Source of the DNA: Patescibacteria group bacterium
GTDB lineage: Bacteria; Patescibacteriota; Microgenomatia; UBA1400; CG1-02-47-37
Length of the DNA stretch: 64,000 nt
Direction: 5' to 3'
NCBI GenBank assembly: GCA_034718535.1
Contig: JAYEMX010000064.1
Coordinates: 4,328 to 68,327 of the forward strand
Below are positions 50,903 through 60,904 of the stretch, piece after piece. The notes under the pieces were generated by a model, which had not been told where the DNA came from, searched no databases, and saw only the letters and a program-made list of their open reading frames with translations. The number at the start of each line of letters is the position of its first letter. Position 1 is the first letter of the stretch. Both the position numbers and the translations under genes were made by a program.

Positions 50903-51742
50903 TTAGGTAAGTGTATCAAACTTTTTTAAAGCCTGCTTTTGAGCTCGGGTAAGTTTTTGCGGAATTTTTATAATAAGACGAATATATTGATCTCCTCGAC
51001 CAACTCCTCTTAAGTGAGGCATACCCTTGCCCTTAAGACGAATTAAAGTATTTGGTTGAGTACCTGAACGAACTTTAAGCTTAATATTTTTTCCGTCAAC
51101 AGTTGGAACGCTGATAGTTCCACCAAGTGTAGCTTGGGCAAAAGTGATCTGATGATTAATAAAGATATCATGTCCTTCCCTCTTAAAGGTTTTATGTGGT
51201 TTGACTTCGATGCTGACAAAAAAATCATTAAACCTAATTCTGGTGCCGTCATCGGCTCCCGGAGGAATTTTTATTTTATATTCTTTACCTTGATGAATAA
51301 GATTTTTTTCAACTCCTTTAACAGCCTGGATAAAATCGATGGTAATACCATAACGAGGAATTTGTCTGGCTTGTCTAAAGGGTGAAGCTCCTCCACTAAA
51401 AAAAGATTCAAAAATTTCAAAAGGATCGGTAAATCCACCAAAATTAAAACCTCCGGTTCCTTGTCCACCAGTGGTGGAGTATGAGTAAGTAAATGGACTT
51501 TTAAATCCCCTTGATGGGTCAAAAGCAGCATGACCAAATTGATCATATTGTTTTTTCTTTTTAGGGTTTGAAAGAACCTCATAGCTTTCAGAGATTTCTT
51601 TAAACTTTTCGATGGCTTGTTTGCTTTTGTTTTTGTCTGGATGATATTTTAGGGCCAGCTTGCGATAAGCTTTTTTAATCTCAGCTGTTGAGGCATCCTT
51701 TTTAACCCCAAGGACTTCGTAAAAATCTCGCTTGGTAGTCAT
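50903..51742 (-). CDS. dnaJ: J-domain chaperone, DnaJ-like type II (J domain, G/F region, C-terminal domains, no CxxCxGxG zinc finger)
   Basis: J domain with HPD (ALKYHPDKN); Cys-free. Confidence 0.8.
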   Translation of the reverse strand: MTTKRDFYEVLGVKKDASTAEIKKAYRKLALKYHPDKNKSKQAIEKFKEISESYEVLSNPKKKKQYDQFGHAAFDPSRGFKSPFTYSYSTTGGQGTGGFNFGGFTDPFEIFESFFSGGASPFRQARQIPRYGITIDFIQAVKGVEKNLIHQGKEYKIKIPPGADDGTRIRFNDFFVSIEVKPHKTFKREGHDIFINHQITFAQATLGGTISVPTVDGKNIKLKVRSGTQPNTLIRLKGKGMPHLRGVGRGDQYIRLIIKIPQKLTRAQKQALKKFDTLT

Positions 51743-53655
51743 TAGTCTTCAATGACTTCGCCTTCTTGGGCTTGAGTTTTATCTTCAGATTTTTTATTTT
51801 TGTCTTTATTTTTGGTTGATTTTTTGCCTTTGGATTTTTTGGCAGCTTCTTGTTTTTGCTGGGCTTTATACATGGCAGCACCAACTTTTTGTAAAGATTC
51901 GGATAAATCTTTAGATTTAGCCTCCAGTTCATCTTTGTCAGCTTTTTCCAAGACACCTTTTAGGGATTTGATTTTTTCCTCAATGTCTTTTTTATCTTTT
52001 TTGTCGACTTTATCACCGGCATCTTTTAAAGTTTTTTCGGCGGTAAAGATTAAAGTGTCGGCTTGATTTTTAATTTCCACTTTTTCTTTTTTAAGTTTAT
52101 CTACTGCTGCATGCTTTTCCGCCTCTTTAGTAATGTTTTCCACTTCTTCGTCGGACAATCCAGTAGAGCCTTTAATGGTTATTTTTTGCTCTTTGCCAGT
52201 GGCTTTGTCTTTAGCAGAAACATTTAAAATACCGTTAGCATCAATATCAAATTTAACTTCGATTTGAGGAACGCCACGAGGAGCCGGTGGGATTCCGTCC
52301 AAGATAAATCTTCCAAGAGATTTATTATCAGCAGCCATGGCTCTTTCTCCCTGAAGAACATTAATTTCCACGGAGGTTTGATTGGCGGCGGCTGTGGAAA
52401 AAGTTTGAGATTTTGAAGATGGAATAGTGGTATTTCTTTCGATTAACGGAGTAGAGACACTGCCTAGAGTTTCTAGTCCTAAAGTAAGAGGAGTTACATC
52501 TAAAAGCAAAACATCAGTAACATCACCCATTAAAACACCAGCTTGAATAGCGGCACCGATAGCAACTACTTCATCTGGATTAACGGATTTATTTGGCTCT
52601 TTACCAAAGAATTCTTTAACCACTTGCTGAATTTTAGGCATTCTGGTTTGACCACCAACTAAAATTATTTCATCAATGTCTTTTTTATCAAGTTTGGCGT
52701 CTTTAAGACAAGATTTAACCGGCTTCATGGTTTTTTCAATAAGATCATCTACTAATTTTTCCAAATCAGCTCGAGTTAATTTCATGGTTAAATGAAGGGG
52801 TTGCCCGTCTTTGCTTTGAGTAATAAATGGTTGATTAATTTCTGTTTCTCCTGAAGAGGAAAGTTCTATTTTGGCTTTTTCGGCCGCATCTTTGATTCTT
52901 TGTAAAGCTTGTTTGTCTGCTTTTAAGTCAATACCATGTTCTTTTTTAAACTTTTTAGCGATGTGGTCAATTATTTTTTGATCAAAATCATCTCCTCCAA
53001 GGTGAGTATTACCATTGGTGGCTTTAACTTCGTAGACGTTATCTCCCAGTTCTAAAATAGAAATGTCAAAAGTGCCACCGCCCAAATCATAAACAGCTAT
53101 GGTTTCCACTTTTTTCTTTTCAAGGCCATAGGCTAAAGCGGCGGCAGTAGGTTCATTAATAATTCTTTCTACTTTAAGACCGGCAATTTCACCAGCTTGC
53201 TTGGTAGCTTGACGTTGAGCGTCGTTAAAATAAGCAGGAACAGTGATAACGGCTTTTTCAACTTTTTCTCCCAAGTAATCTTCGGCATCGGTTTTAGCTT
53301 TGGCAAGAATTTTGGCGGCAATTTCTTGTGGAGAATATTTTTTATTGTTAACTTCGACATTAGCAATATCATCTTTGCCCCTAACTACTTTATATGGAAC
53401 CATATTAATAGTTTTTTGAGTATTTTTGTCTGAAATTTTTCTACCCATTAAACGCTTGACAGAGTAAACTGTGTTTTCCGGATTTAAAACCATTTGGCGT
53501 TTAGCAATATCGCCGACTAAATTTTTGACTGGTTCTACTATTGAAGGAATTAAATTATTACCTTCAGATGAGGGGATGATTTTAGGAGAGCCTCCCTCCA
53601 TAACAGCAATGGCTGAATTAGTGGTTCCTAGATCGATTCCAATTATTTTTGACAT
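51742..53655 (-). CDS. dnaK: Chaperone DnaK (Hsp70)
   Basis: [18 protein letters not shown] Hsp70 signatures. Confidence 0.95.
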   Translation of the reverse strand: MSKIIGIDLGTTNSAIAVMEGGSPKIIPSSEGNNLIPSIVEPVKNLVGDIAKRQMVLNPENTVYSVKRLMGRKISDKNTQKTINMVPYKVVRGKDDIANVEVNNKKYSPQEIAAKILAKAKTDAEDYLGEKVEKAVITVPAYFNDAQRQATKQAGEIAGLKVERIINEPTAAALAYGLEKKKVETIAVYDLGGGTFDISILELGDNVYEVKATNGNTHLGGDDFDQKIIDHIAKKFKKEHGIDLKADKQALQRIKDAAEKAKIELSSSGETEINQPFITQSKDGQPLHLTMKLTRADLEKLVDDLIEKTMKPVKSCLKDAKLDKKDIDEIILVGGQTRMPKIQQVVKEFFGKEPNKSVNPDEVVAIGAAIQAGVLMGDVTDVLLLDVTPLTLGLETLGSVSTPLIERNTTIPSSKSQTFSTAAANQTSVEINVLQGERAMAADNKSLGRFILDGIPPAPRGVPQIEVKFDIDANGILNVSAKDKATGKEQKITIKGSTGLSDEEVENITKEAEKHAAVDKLKKEKVEIKNQADTLIFTAEKTLKDAGDKVDKKDKKDIEEKIKSLKGVLEKADKDELEAKSKDLSESLQKVGAAMYKAQQKQEAAKKSKGKKSTKNKDKNKKSEDKTQAQEGEVIED

Positions 53656-53657
53656 AT

Positions 53658-54059
53658 TTATTTGCCTCCTTGGCCAACTTTTACTTGAGCAGGGCGTAAA
53701 ACTTTTTCATGGATAGTATAGCCCTTTTTGATAATTTCTATTATTTTGTTTTTTGGTCCTTTGATTAGTTCAACACAATCTGATGTTTTAGGATCAAACT
53801 CTTGATTTAAAACTTTTATTTCCTTAACTCCTTCTAAATCTAAAATTGATTTAAACTGATTGATGGCCAGTTTTAAGCCTTTATCTTTTAAATGTTGATC
53901 AGCTCTTTCAAGGTCATCTAAGACTGAAAGAAGTTTGTCAATTATAGATGAGATAGCAAATTTGACATAATCAGATTTATCTTTTTCTATTCTTTTTTTT
54001 AAGTTTTGATAGTCGGCTAAAGCTCTCTTTAATTGATTTTTAATAGGTGATTTTTTCAT
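53658..54059 (-). CDS. grpE: Nucleotide exchange factor GrpE; start at the internal Met MKKSP
   Basis: GrpE family; position between hrcA and dnaK. Confidence 0.8.
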   Translation of the reverse strand: MKKSPIKNQLKRALADYQNLKKRIEKDKSDYVKFAISSIIDKLLSVLDDLERADQHLKDKGLKLAINQFKSILDLEGVKEIKVLNQEFDPKTSDCVELIKGPKNKIIEIIKKGYTIHEKVLRPAQVKVGQGGK

Positions 54060-54063
54060 AATA

Positions 54064-54789
54064 TTACCAATTTTTGGATATTTCTGTAACAAGTTCCCCA
54101 AAATATCTGATAGTAGGAATGACAGATGGATAATTTAATCGAGATGGTCCGATAATGCCAAGCGAGCCATTGATGTCTCCGGTTTTAAAGTCGGTAAAAA
54201 CTAATCCCAAAGTTTGGAAAAAATCATTATTAAAATCTTCGCCGATTATTAAATGAATGGTTTCATCTCCGGTAACATGCGAAAATAAGTTACTTAATTT
54301 ACTATATTCGTCGATCATAGAGAGAACTTCGCGAGTAACATCAATATCATAAAATTCAGGATTGTTTAAAATATTGGCATGACCAGCATGAAAAACATCC
54401 CCTTTATTAGTGTATGAAAGAGCCAAGCAATCGGTTTTATCAGCTAAAACTCGAGTAATTTCTTTTAAAAATTTATTAACTTCAAAGCGGTGGTCCCAAA
54501 CTTTTTCTTTAACAGCTACTTCGTCGGCTACAGATAAGTCGTCTTCTTTGAGAAGTTCTCTGACATAATACTTTAAACCCATAGGTGTAGGAGTTCGTCC
54601 GGCTGAGGTATAGGGTTGGTTTAAAAATCCAGATTTGGTTAAAGTTACCATTTCATTTCTAATAGTAGCCGGAGAGATACCAAGATCATATTTTTTTTCA
54701 AGAGTAACACTACCAACCGGTTCGGCGGTTTCAGTATATTCAGTAATAATTGCTTTTAAAATTTGAGCTTGTCTATTTGAAAGTTGCAT
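54064..54789 (-). CDS. hrcA: Heat-inducible transcription repressor HrcA; start at MQLSNRQAQIL. The ORF-track N-terminal extension covers the CIRCE element and a REP.
   Basis: Winged-helix N-terminus; hrcA-grpE-dnaK-dnaJ order. Confidence 0.8.
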   Translation of the reverse strand: MQLSNRQAQILKAIITEYTETAEPVGSVTLEKKYDLGISPATIRNEMVTLTKSGFLNQPYTSAGRTPTPMGLKYYVRELLKEDDLSVADEVAVKEKVWDHRFEVNKFLKEITRVLADKTDCLALSYTNKGDVFHAGHANILNNPEFYDIDVTREVLSMIDEYSKLSNLFSHVTGDETIHLIIGEDFNNDFFQTLGLVFTDFKTGDINGSLGIIGPSRLNYPSVIPTIRYFGELVTEISKNW

Positions 54790-54791
54790 AA

Positions 54792-54818
54792 TTAGCAGAA
54801 GGATAACACGACTGCTAA
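54792..54818. promoter_or_regulatory. CIRCE-like operator TTAGCAG-N13-CTGCTAA, immediately 5' of the hrcA start
   Basis: 27-nt element with perfect 7-nt inverted arms; outer TTAGCA/TGCTAA match the CIRCE consensus. Confidence 0.55.
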
Positions 54819-54847
54819 TTAGTGTCAAGGATTGTTTTGGCAATAAA

Positions 54848-54870
54848 CCTACAAGGAGAGTCCTTGAAGG
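54848..54870. repeat. REP-2 palindrome (cctacaaggagagtccttgaagg) upstream of RAYT-2
   Basis: Imperfect inverted arms around the agag centre. Confidence 0.65.
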
Positions 54871-55048
54871 CTTATACTTGAGGGTGTATACTGAATTTAA
54901 TGCCTTCAAAAAATGCTTTAAAAATCTATAAAGAAGATTCTTATTATCATATTTATAATCGAGGAGTGGCTAAGGCAAATATTTTTAAAGACAAAAAGGA
55001 TTATAAAGTTTTTCTTGATTATTTGAAAATATATTTATCTCCTGTCGA

Positions 55049-55071
55049 CCTACAAGGAGAGTCCTTGAAGG
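55049..55071. repeat. REP-2 copy inside the RAYT-2 CDS (encodes DLQGESLKV)
   Basis: cctacaaggagagtccttgaagg in-frame. Confidence 0.65.
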
Positions 55072-55352
55072 TTTCACCATCAAGAGAATTGAAAAATTAT
55101 TCAGATGAAATTATCTTGGTTGCTTATTGCTTAATGCCAAACCATTTTCACTTATTAATTCATCAAAAAAATAAGGATTCTATTAATTACTTTATGAGAT
55201 CTTTGGCTACAAAATATTCAAGATATTTTAATACTAGATATGATAGGGTTGGCCCATTATTTCAAGGTGTTTATAAAGCTGTTAAGGTTGACAATGAAGA
55301 TCAGTTGGTTTATTTGACTAAATATATTCATCGAAATCCTATTAATATCCTA

Positions 55353-55375
55353 CCTACGAGGAGAGTCCTTGTAGG
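55353..55375. repeat. REP-2 copy inside the RAYT-2 CDS (encodes LPTRRVLVGY), directly after the NPI(N) motif
   Basis: cctacgaggagagtccttgtagg in-frame. Confidence 0.65.
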
Positions 55376-55547
55376 TTATAAATACTCTAGTTATGGAAAT
55401 TACTTGGGATTATTTAAACAGGTCTGGGTAAAGCCAAATATGATTCTTGGATTGTTTTCTGCCTCTAATAAGTTATTTAGTTATAAAAGTTTTGTGGAAG
55501 AATTAGAAGAAGATTATAGTTCTATAAATAAAATTGTTCTTGATTAG

Positions 55548-55574
55548 CACCTACAAGGAGAGTCCTTGTAGGTG
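55548..55574. repeat. REP-2 perfect palindrome cacctacaaggagagtccttgtaggtg, 1 nt after the RAYT-2 TAG stop, followed by a partial arm duplication
   Basis: Read directly. Confidence 0.75.
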
Positions 55575-55587
55575 CTTGTAGGTTGAG

Positions 55588-57381
55588 TTATTTTTGGAGG
55601 ATGGAGAGGAAGGCTTCTTGGGGTAAGTTGACTTTACCGATTTGCTTCATGCGTTTTTTACCTTTTTTCTGTTTAGATAAAAGTTTTTGTCTTCTGGTGG
55701 GGTCACCACCGTAAAGCTTGGCGGTAACATCTTTTCTAAAGGCTTTAATTGTTTCTCTGGCAAGAATTTTACCACCTAAGGCTATTTGGATAGGGGTTTC
55801 AAATTGCTGACGAGGAATTATTTCTTTTAATTTTGAGGCTAGTTTTTTAGCAGTAGATAAAGCTTTTTCTTTGACGATTAAAATTGATAGGGGTTCAATT
55901 GGTTGATGATTAAGAAGAACTTGAAGTTTAACAATTTTTGCCGGTTTAAATTCTAAAAATTCCCAGTCTAGGCTGGCAAAACCAGAAGAAACCGATTTTA
56001 GGGCTCCAAAGAAATTGCTGATTAATTCTTGAAGGGGTAAATTATAGATTAGTTTGACTTGATTGCCAAAAAATTCTTGGTTTTGAAGCTTGGCTCTTTT
56101 ATTTTGACATAAATTCATTACTCCACCTAAGTATTTAGCGGGAACAAATATAACTAATTTGATAAAAGGTTCTTTAGTTTGATTAATTAAAGTGGGGTCT
56201 GGAAAGTTGGTTGGGCTTAAAATAGATATTTCTTGATTATTTTTCCTTAAAATAATTTTATATTTAACCGAAGGACTGGTGATAATTAATTCGAGTAAAA
56301 ATTCTCTTTCTAAACGTTCCTGAATAATATCTGAGTGAAGCAACCCTTGAAAGCCTATTTTGTAACCACTGCCTAAAACAGAAGAGCTGACCGGAATATA
56401 AGAAAGACTTGAATCAGATAAACTTAGTTTTTCTAAAGCCTTGGTTAATTTAATAAAATCTTGAGAATTGATCGGATATAAATCCATAAAAACCATAGGT
56501 TGGGGTTCTATAAATCCGGAAAAGGGTTTTACTTTATTATCGGGTGGATTAATGGTAACAGTGTCACCTACCCTACAAAGGGAAATATCTTTTAATCCGG
56601 TTGCAAGATAACCGACTTCGCCTGAAAAAAGTTCTGTTCCCGGTTTCATTTGAGGTAAAAAATAACCAACTTCTTCCGGGCTAAAGGTGGCTTGGTTGGA
56701 CATTAGCATAAGTTTATCTTGTTTTGAAATTTGGCCGGCAATCAAACGAACATAAGCAATAACACCTTTGTGAGAATGATAAAAAGAGTTAAAAACTAAA
56801 GCTTTAAGGGGTGCTTTGGTGTTAATTTTGGGAGAAGGAAGATGCTCTATTACCACTTTAATTAATTGAAGTACGCCTTGTCCTGTTTTAGCGGAGATCT
56901 GTAATATTTTGTTTTGGGAAAATCCAAAAGTTTTTTTGATTTCTTTTAAAGTTTTTTTGATCTCGGCATTAGGATGGTCAATTTTGTTGATAACCGGAAT
57001 TATTTTTAGGTTGGCTTCAATAGCTTTATTCATATTTGCCATGGTTTGGGCTTGAATGCCTTGGGTGGCATCGACTAAAAGAATGGCTCCCTCACAAGCA
57101 GCCAGGGAGCGAGAAACTTCGTAAGAAAAGTCAACATGGCCGGGGGTATCAATTAAATTTAAAATGTAAGCCTGGTTGTTTAATTGGTACTTCATTCGAA
57201 CCGGAGCCAATTTAATAGTAATTCCCCGCTCTCTTTCAATAGGATTTGAATCTAATAATCGATCTTTTCTATCTTTTGGTTTAACTGTGTTGGTAATTTC
57301 AAGGAATCGATCTGTTAAAGTGGTTTTACCATGATCAATATGACTAATGACACAGAAGTTTCTAATGTTGGGCTTATTCAT
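55588..57381 (-). CDS. lepA: Elongation factor 4 (LepA)
   Basis: IRNFCVISHIDHGKTTL G domain; LepA-specific C-terminal domain. Confidence 0.9.
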   Translation of the reverse strand: MNKPNIRNFCVISHIDHGKTTLTDRFLEITNTVKPKDRKDRLLDSNPIERERGITIKLAPVRMKYQLNNQAYILNLIDTPGHVDFSYEVSRSLAACEGAILLVDATQGIQAQTMANMNKAIEANLKIIPVINKIDHPNAEIKKTLKEIKKTFGFSQNKILQISAKTGQGVLQLIKVVIEHLPSPKINTKAPLKALVFNSFYHSHKGVIAYVRLIAGQISKQDKLMLMSNQATFSPEEVGYFLPQMKPGTELFSGEVGYLATGLKDISLCRVGDTVTINPPDNKVKPFSGFIEPQPMVFMDLYPINSQDFIKLTKALEKLSLSDSSLSYIPVSSSVLGSGYKIGFQGLLHSDIIQERLEREFLLELIITSPSVKYKIILRKNNQEISILSPTNFPDPTLINQTKEPFIKLVIFVPAKYLGGVMNLCQNKRAKLQNQEFFGNQVKLIYNLPLQELISNFFGALKSVSSGFASLDWEFLEFKPAKIVKLQVLLNHQPIEPLSILIVKEKALSTAKKLASKLKEIIPRQQFETPIQIALGGKILARETIKAFRKDVTAKLYGGDPTRRQKLLSKQKKGKKRMKQIGKVNLPQEAFLSILQK

Positions 57382-59084
57382 AGAGAAGGTTTGGAATTAT
57401 TTATTTGTGGAGGGGCGGGTTTTAGAGTTTTTTTGGTTTGAGATAAAACTTTGCTTAAATTTTTAGCTCTTTTTATTAAATCGATAAAATTATCAAGCTC
57501 TTTTATTTTAAAAAGTTTTGAGAAAAAAATATAAACAAATAGTCCAATGGTAGAAGTAATAATTACTAATATAATCAGGTTAAATGTTTTGGCGGTATTT
57601 AAAATATAGCGATCAAGAACCCTTAGGGGTATCCATAAAGAAACGCCAGTGATAATAGTAGCTGTGGACATTTTTATAAAAGGAAAAAGTAGGTCTTTTT
57701 TATTAACTCCCCCCAATCGTTTTGAAAGCAGTATTATCAAAAAACCACCATGGAAAAATGACGACAAAGAAATGGCTAAAGCCAATCCAAGAACATTTAA
57801 TTTTAATGGATAGACAAAGAAAAAGCTTAAAAGCACATTAAAAATAACAGCTGAAGCTCCAATAAAAAGGGGAACTTTGGTATTACCAATAGCATAAAAG
57901 CCTCGAACTAAAATTTGAATGGCAGATTGAGCAAAAACAGATAAAGCAAAAAGAGCCACTACTTCACCGGTTAAAAGGGTGGCTTCCCAAGGAAAATTGC
58001 GAGCCCCAAAGGCAAGACGAACTATAGGTATTCTTAAAACTAAAAGCATCATGCCAGCAGGTAGACTTAAATATAGGGTTTGTTTAAGTGATGATAAGAA
58101 CAGTTTTTTAAACTTTTCAAGTGATTTTGAATTATATTCTCTTGATAAAGTTGGGAGGGCAGCTTGACCAATAGTGGCTCCAAACAAACCAACCGGCAAA
58201 GCATTTAAGTGTTGGGCAAAGTAAAAGATTGATAAAGACCCTCTTGAAAGTGAGGTGGCAATAAAAACAGCTACGGTTAATTCTATTTGAGAAACAGCTA
58301 AAGCTAAAGTTCTGGGTAACATTAACCTGCCAATGCGACGGACTCCTGTATTTTTTATATTAATTGAAGGTTTAAAAACAAAACCGATTTTTTTAATTAA
58401 AGGCAGTTGAATGATTAAATGAAGAAAGGCTCCAATTAAAACTCCAAAGACCGGACCATATATACCAAAGCGCGAACTTAAAACTAAAATTCCAAAGATA
58501 ATACCTAAATTGTAGGCAATTGGTGAAAGGGCCGGAATAATAAAATGTCGATGAGATTGAAGAATCCCGGTTAAAAAATTTGAAATTACAAAAGCTCCTT
58601 GAGCAAAAACCAATAACCTGGTGAGATTTGTCATTAAAGTAATCTCTGCCGGTGAAAATGAAGGGGCAATTAATTTACTTAAAGGTTTGGCAAAAGTAAT
58701 TAAAACAACGGCAAAGACAAAAAATAAGATTATCCCTAAAGTAATGATGGTTGAAGCTAGGCTCCAAGCTTGATTTTTGTCTTTTACCAAATAATTGGTA
58801 AAAACGGGAATAAAGGCAGCAGAGAGGGCTCCAACGACTAAAAGTTGAAAAATCATATCCGGAAGCCTAAAGGCGGCAAAGTAGACATCAAGTTGCCAAG
58901 AGGTGTTAATTCCAAAAAATGTGCCAGCTAAGAATCTATCTCGAAGAAGCCCAAGTATCCTGGAGAAAAAAACCGCTACCATTAAAACAGAGGCAGCAGA
59001 CAAAATATTATTTTGTCTCCTTAGTAATAAGCCTTTGCTATTTTTAAGAAAATTATTAACCATAACTTCAGGCGAGTATAACAT
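57378..59084 (-). CDS. murJ: Lipid II flippase MurJ (MviN)
   Basis: MurJ family; 14 predicted TMs. Confidence 0.8.
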   Translation of the reverse strand: MLYSPEVMVNNFLKNSKGLLLRRQNNILSAASVLMVAVFFSRILGLLRDRFLAGTFFGINTSWQLDVYFAAFRLPDMIFQLLVVGALSAAFIPVFTNYLVKDKNQAWSLASTIITLGIILFFVFAVVLITFAKPLSKLIAPSFSPAEITLMTNLTRLLVFAQGAFVISNFLTGILQSHRHFIIPALSPIAYNLGIIFGILVLSSRFGIYGPVFGVLIGAFLHLIIQLPLIKKIGFVFKPSINIKNTGVRRIGRLMLPRTLALAVSQIELTVAVFIATSLSRGSLSIFYFAQHLNALPVGLFGATIGQAALPTLSREYNSKSLEKFKKLFLSSLKQTLYLSLPAGMMLLVLRIPIVRLAFGARNFPWEATLLTGEVVALFALSVFAQSAIQILVRGFYAIGNTKVPLFIGASAVIFNVLLSFFFVYPLKLNVLGLALAISLSSFFHGGFLIILLSKRLGGVNKKDLLFPFIKMSTATIITGVSLWIPLRVLDRYILNTAKTFNLIILVIITSTIGLFVYIFFSKLFKIKELDNFIDLIKRAKNLSKVLSQTKKTLKPAPPQINNSKPSL

Positions 59085-59089
59085 GGGCC

Positions 59090-59119
59090 TTGATAGAGCT
59101 ACAAGTAAAATGTTATGAT
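59090..59119 (+). promoter_or_regulatory. Candidate promoter TTGATA-N18-TATGAT in the divergent murJ/rpsT spacer; -10 ends 8 nt before the rpsT ATG, so a leaderless or short-leader mRNA is possible
   Basis: Hexamers read directly. Confidence 0.3.
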
Positions 59120-59126
59120 ACGGGCT

Positions 59127-59369
59127 ATGCCAATAATTAAATCAGCAAAAAAAAAGTTAAAACAAGATAAATTTCGAACGATAGTTAATCTTGTTTATCG
59201 AAACAAAATTAAGAAGACTTTAAAAGAGGCTCGAGAGAAAAAAACAAAAAAATCTTTAAAATCTGTTTATAGTGCTTTAGACCGCGGAGTTAAAAAAAAA
59301 GTGATTCATAAAAATAAAGCGGCTCGATTAAAATCTAGGTTGTCAAAACTGGTAAAGAATAAGGTATAA
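59127..59369 (+). CDS. rpsT: 30S ribosomal protein S20; start at MPIIKSAKKKL
   Basis: S20 N-terminal signature. Confidence 0.85.
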   Translation: MPIIKSAKKKLKQDKFRTIVNLVYRNKIKKTLKEAREKKTKKSLKSVYSALDRGVKKKVIHKNKAARLKSRLSKLVKNKV

Positions 59370-59378
59370 TGTCAGTTA

Positions 59379-59918
59379 ATGGCTGCCCAAAAAAAACAAA
59401 TTAATTTGCTCCCTAAGGATAAGTGGGAAGTTGGAATAGTCGGTAAACTGCTGAAGTGGGCTTTAAATATTGGACGCTATGTAGTGGTTTTTACAGAGTT
59501 GATTGTGATTTCCGCTTTTTTGTTTCGTTTTTCATTGGACAGAAAATTGACGGACCTTCGAAAAGAAATGAAACAGAAACAAGAAGTGGTAGTATTTTAT
59601 GAAGATTTTGAAAGTAGTTTTAGAAAAATTCAGAAACAGTTAGAAAATATAAAAGAAACTAATGCTTCCAGCGTTGATGTTGAGTCGATATTGTTAAATA
59701 TCAGTCAAATTACACCGATTGATACTGTTTATAGCAGGATTAATATTGTTGCGGAAGAAGTTTCTTTGGAGGGAGAAACTTTATCTGAAATTGGTTTGGC
59801 TACTTTGTTGGCAAAAGCTCAAGAAAATAAAAAATTCAGTGAAGTTGTTCTTGAAAGTGTAGCTTCGGCAACAGAAAAAAATCAAGTAATAAAATTTAGA
59901 ATGACTTTAGGTTTATGA
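59379..59918 (+). CDS. pilN: Type IV pilus assembly protein PilN-like
   Basis: N-terminal INLLP motif, single TM, coiled-coil periplasmic part. Confidence 0.65.
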   Translation: MAAQKKQINLLPKDKWEVGIVGKLLKWALNIGRYVVVFTELIVISAFLFRFSLDRKLTDLRKEMKQKQEVVVFYEDFESSFRKIQKQLENIKETNASSVDVESILLNISQITPIDTVYSRINIVAEEVSLEGETLSEIGLATLLAKAQENKKFSEVVLESVASATEKNQVIKFRMTLGL

Positions 59919-60556
59919 AATTTGGGAGCAGATTAAATACCAGCAGAGATTACAATAAATATATAAAAAGATTGCAACAATTGTCTTTAAATCCGGTGGC
60001 AAAAGTATCTGGAATTATCAGTTTAACAATTTTTACAGTGGCATTTTTTGGTATTTTTGCCATTTTACCGACTTTTAAAACAGTTGGTTCTTTGTCTAAA
60101 GAGATTAAAGATATTAAGGAAATTAATCAAAAACTTTCTTTAAAAATTAAGGCTCTGGGGAGTGCCGAAGATATTTATAGTCAAGTGGTAAATGATCTTG
60201 AGTTGGTTAATAAAATGCTACCTGAAACAGCAAGTTTTGATCGTTTGGTTTGGCAGATTGAATGGTTAGCGATGAATACCGAGATTGAATTATCATCAGC
60301 TAATTTTGGAGAATTCCAAATAGTAGGTCCGGAAATAATTGAAAATGATTTGGGTAAAATTGAAGTTGAGCTAACTTTAGTTGGTGGTTATTCACAAATA
60401 AAATATTTTGTTAAAAAATTAAATAGAATTGATAGATTGATTTCAATTAATGATGTTAGAATTGCCAATAAATCTTTTTTAAAAAAAGACAATGATGTTT
60501 CTGCCAACATTAAGTTTAATGCTTACTATTTAACTAGTGATATTAATAATTTATGA
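59915..60556 (+). CDS. pilO: Type IV pilus assembly protein PilO-like
   Basis: Short cytoplasmic N-terminus, TM, coiled coil; follows pilN with a 4-nt overlap. Confidence 0.5.
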   Translation: MKFGSRLNTSRDYNKYIKRLQQLSLNPVAKVSGIISLTIFTVAFFGIFAILPTFKTVGSLSKEIKDIKEINQKLSLKIKALGSAEDIYSQVVNDLELVNKMLPETASFDRLVWQIEWLAMNTEIELSSANFGEFQIVGPEIIENDLGKIEVELTLVGGYSQIKYFVKKLNRIDRLISINDVRIANKSFLKKDNDVSANIKFNAYYLTSDINNL

Positions 60557-60897
60557 TCAGTAAAATTTACGAAAATCAGTTAAAAAATCAATTATTTAAA
60601 TTGTCTCTTATGACAATAATAACGGTAATTATCTGGATCGGATTTGCCACTTATGAAAGTTTATCTAAAAGTAAAATTGGTAAAACAACTCATTTACAAA
60701 TTAAACCCTTGACGGCAAGTCTTGATTTTGACACAATAAAAGATATTAAAAGTCGGGAAAAAATTACCAAAGCAGACTGGGATTCTTTGGTTCCGCAACT
60801 GCCAATGAATTTGGTATTGCCTGATATACCGGGAACCGAATCCGGTCAAATTAATAATAATTTGACAGCCAGTAATAGCGGAGAATTGGAAAAGTAG
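60553..60897 (+). CDS. Hypothetical small membrane protein, coupled to pilO
   Basis: TM LSLMTIITVIIWIGFAT. Confidence 0.3.
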   Translation: MISKIYENQLKNQLFKLSLMTIITVIIWIGFATYESLSKSKIGKTTHLQIKPLTASLDFDTIKDIKSREKITKADWDSLVPQLPMNLVLPDIPGTESGQINNNLTASNSGELEK

Positions 60898-60904
60898 CTA
60901 ATTT

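Larger units (their letters stand above)
54900..55547 (+). mobile_element. RAYT-type HUH tyrosine transposase, second paralog
   Basis: YHIYNRG...LMPNHFHLLI...KYIHRNPI motifs; flanked by REP-2 copies and carrying two internally. Confidence 0.8.

Noticed and set aside
51702-51956. K-rich 84-aa ORF overlapping the dnaK 3' end and dnaJ start
   Set aside because: Alternate frame of the Lys/Glu-rich DnaK C-terminus. Shadow ORF.
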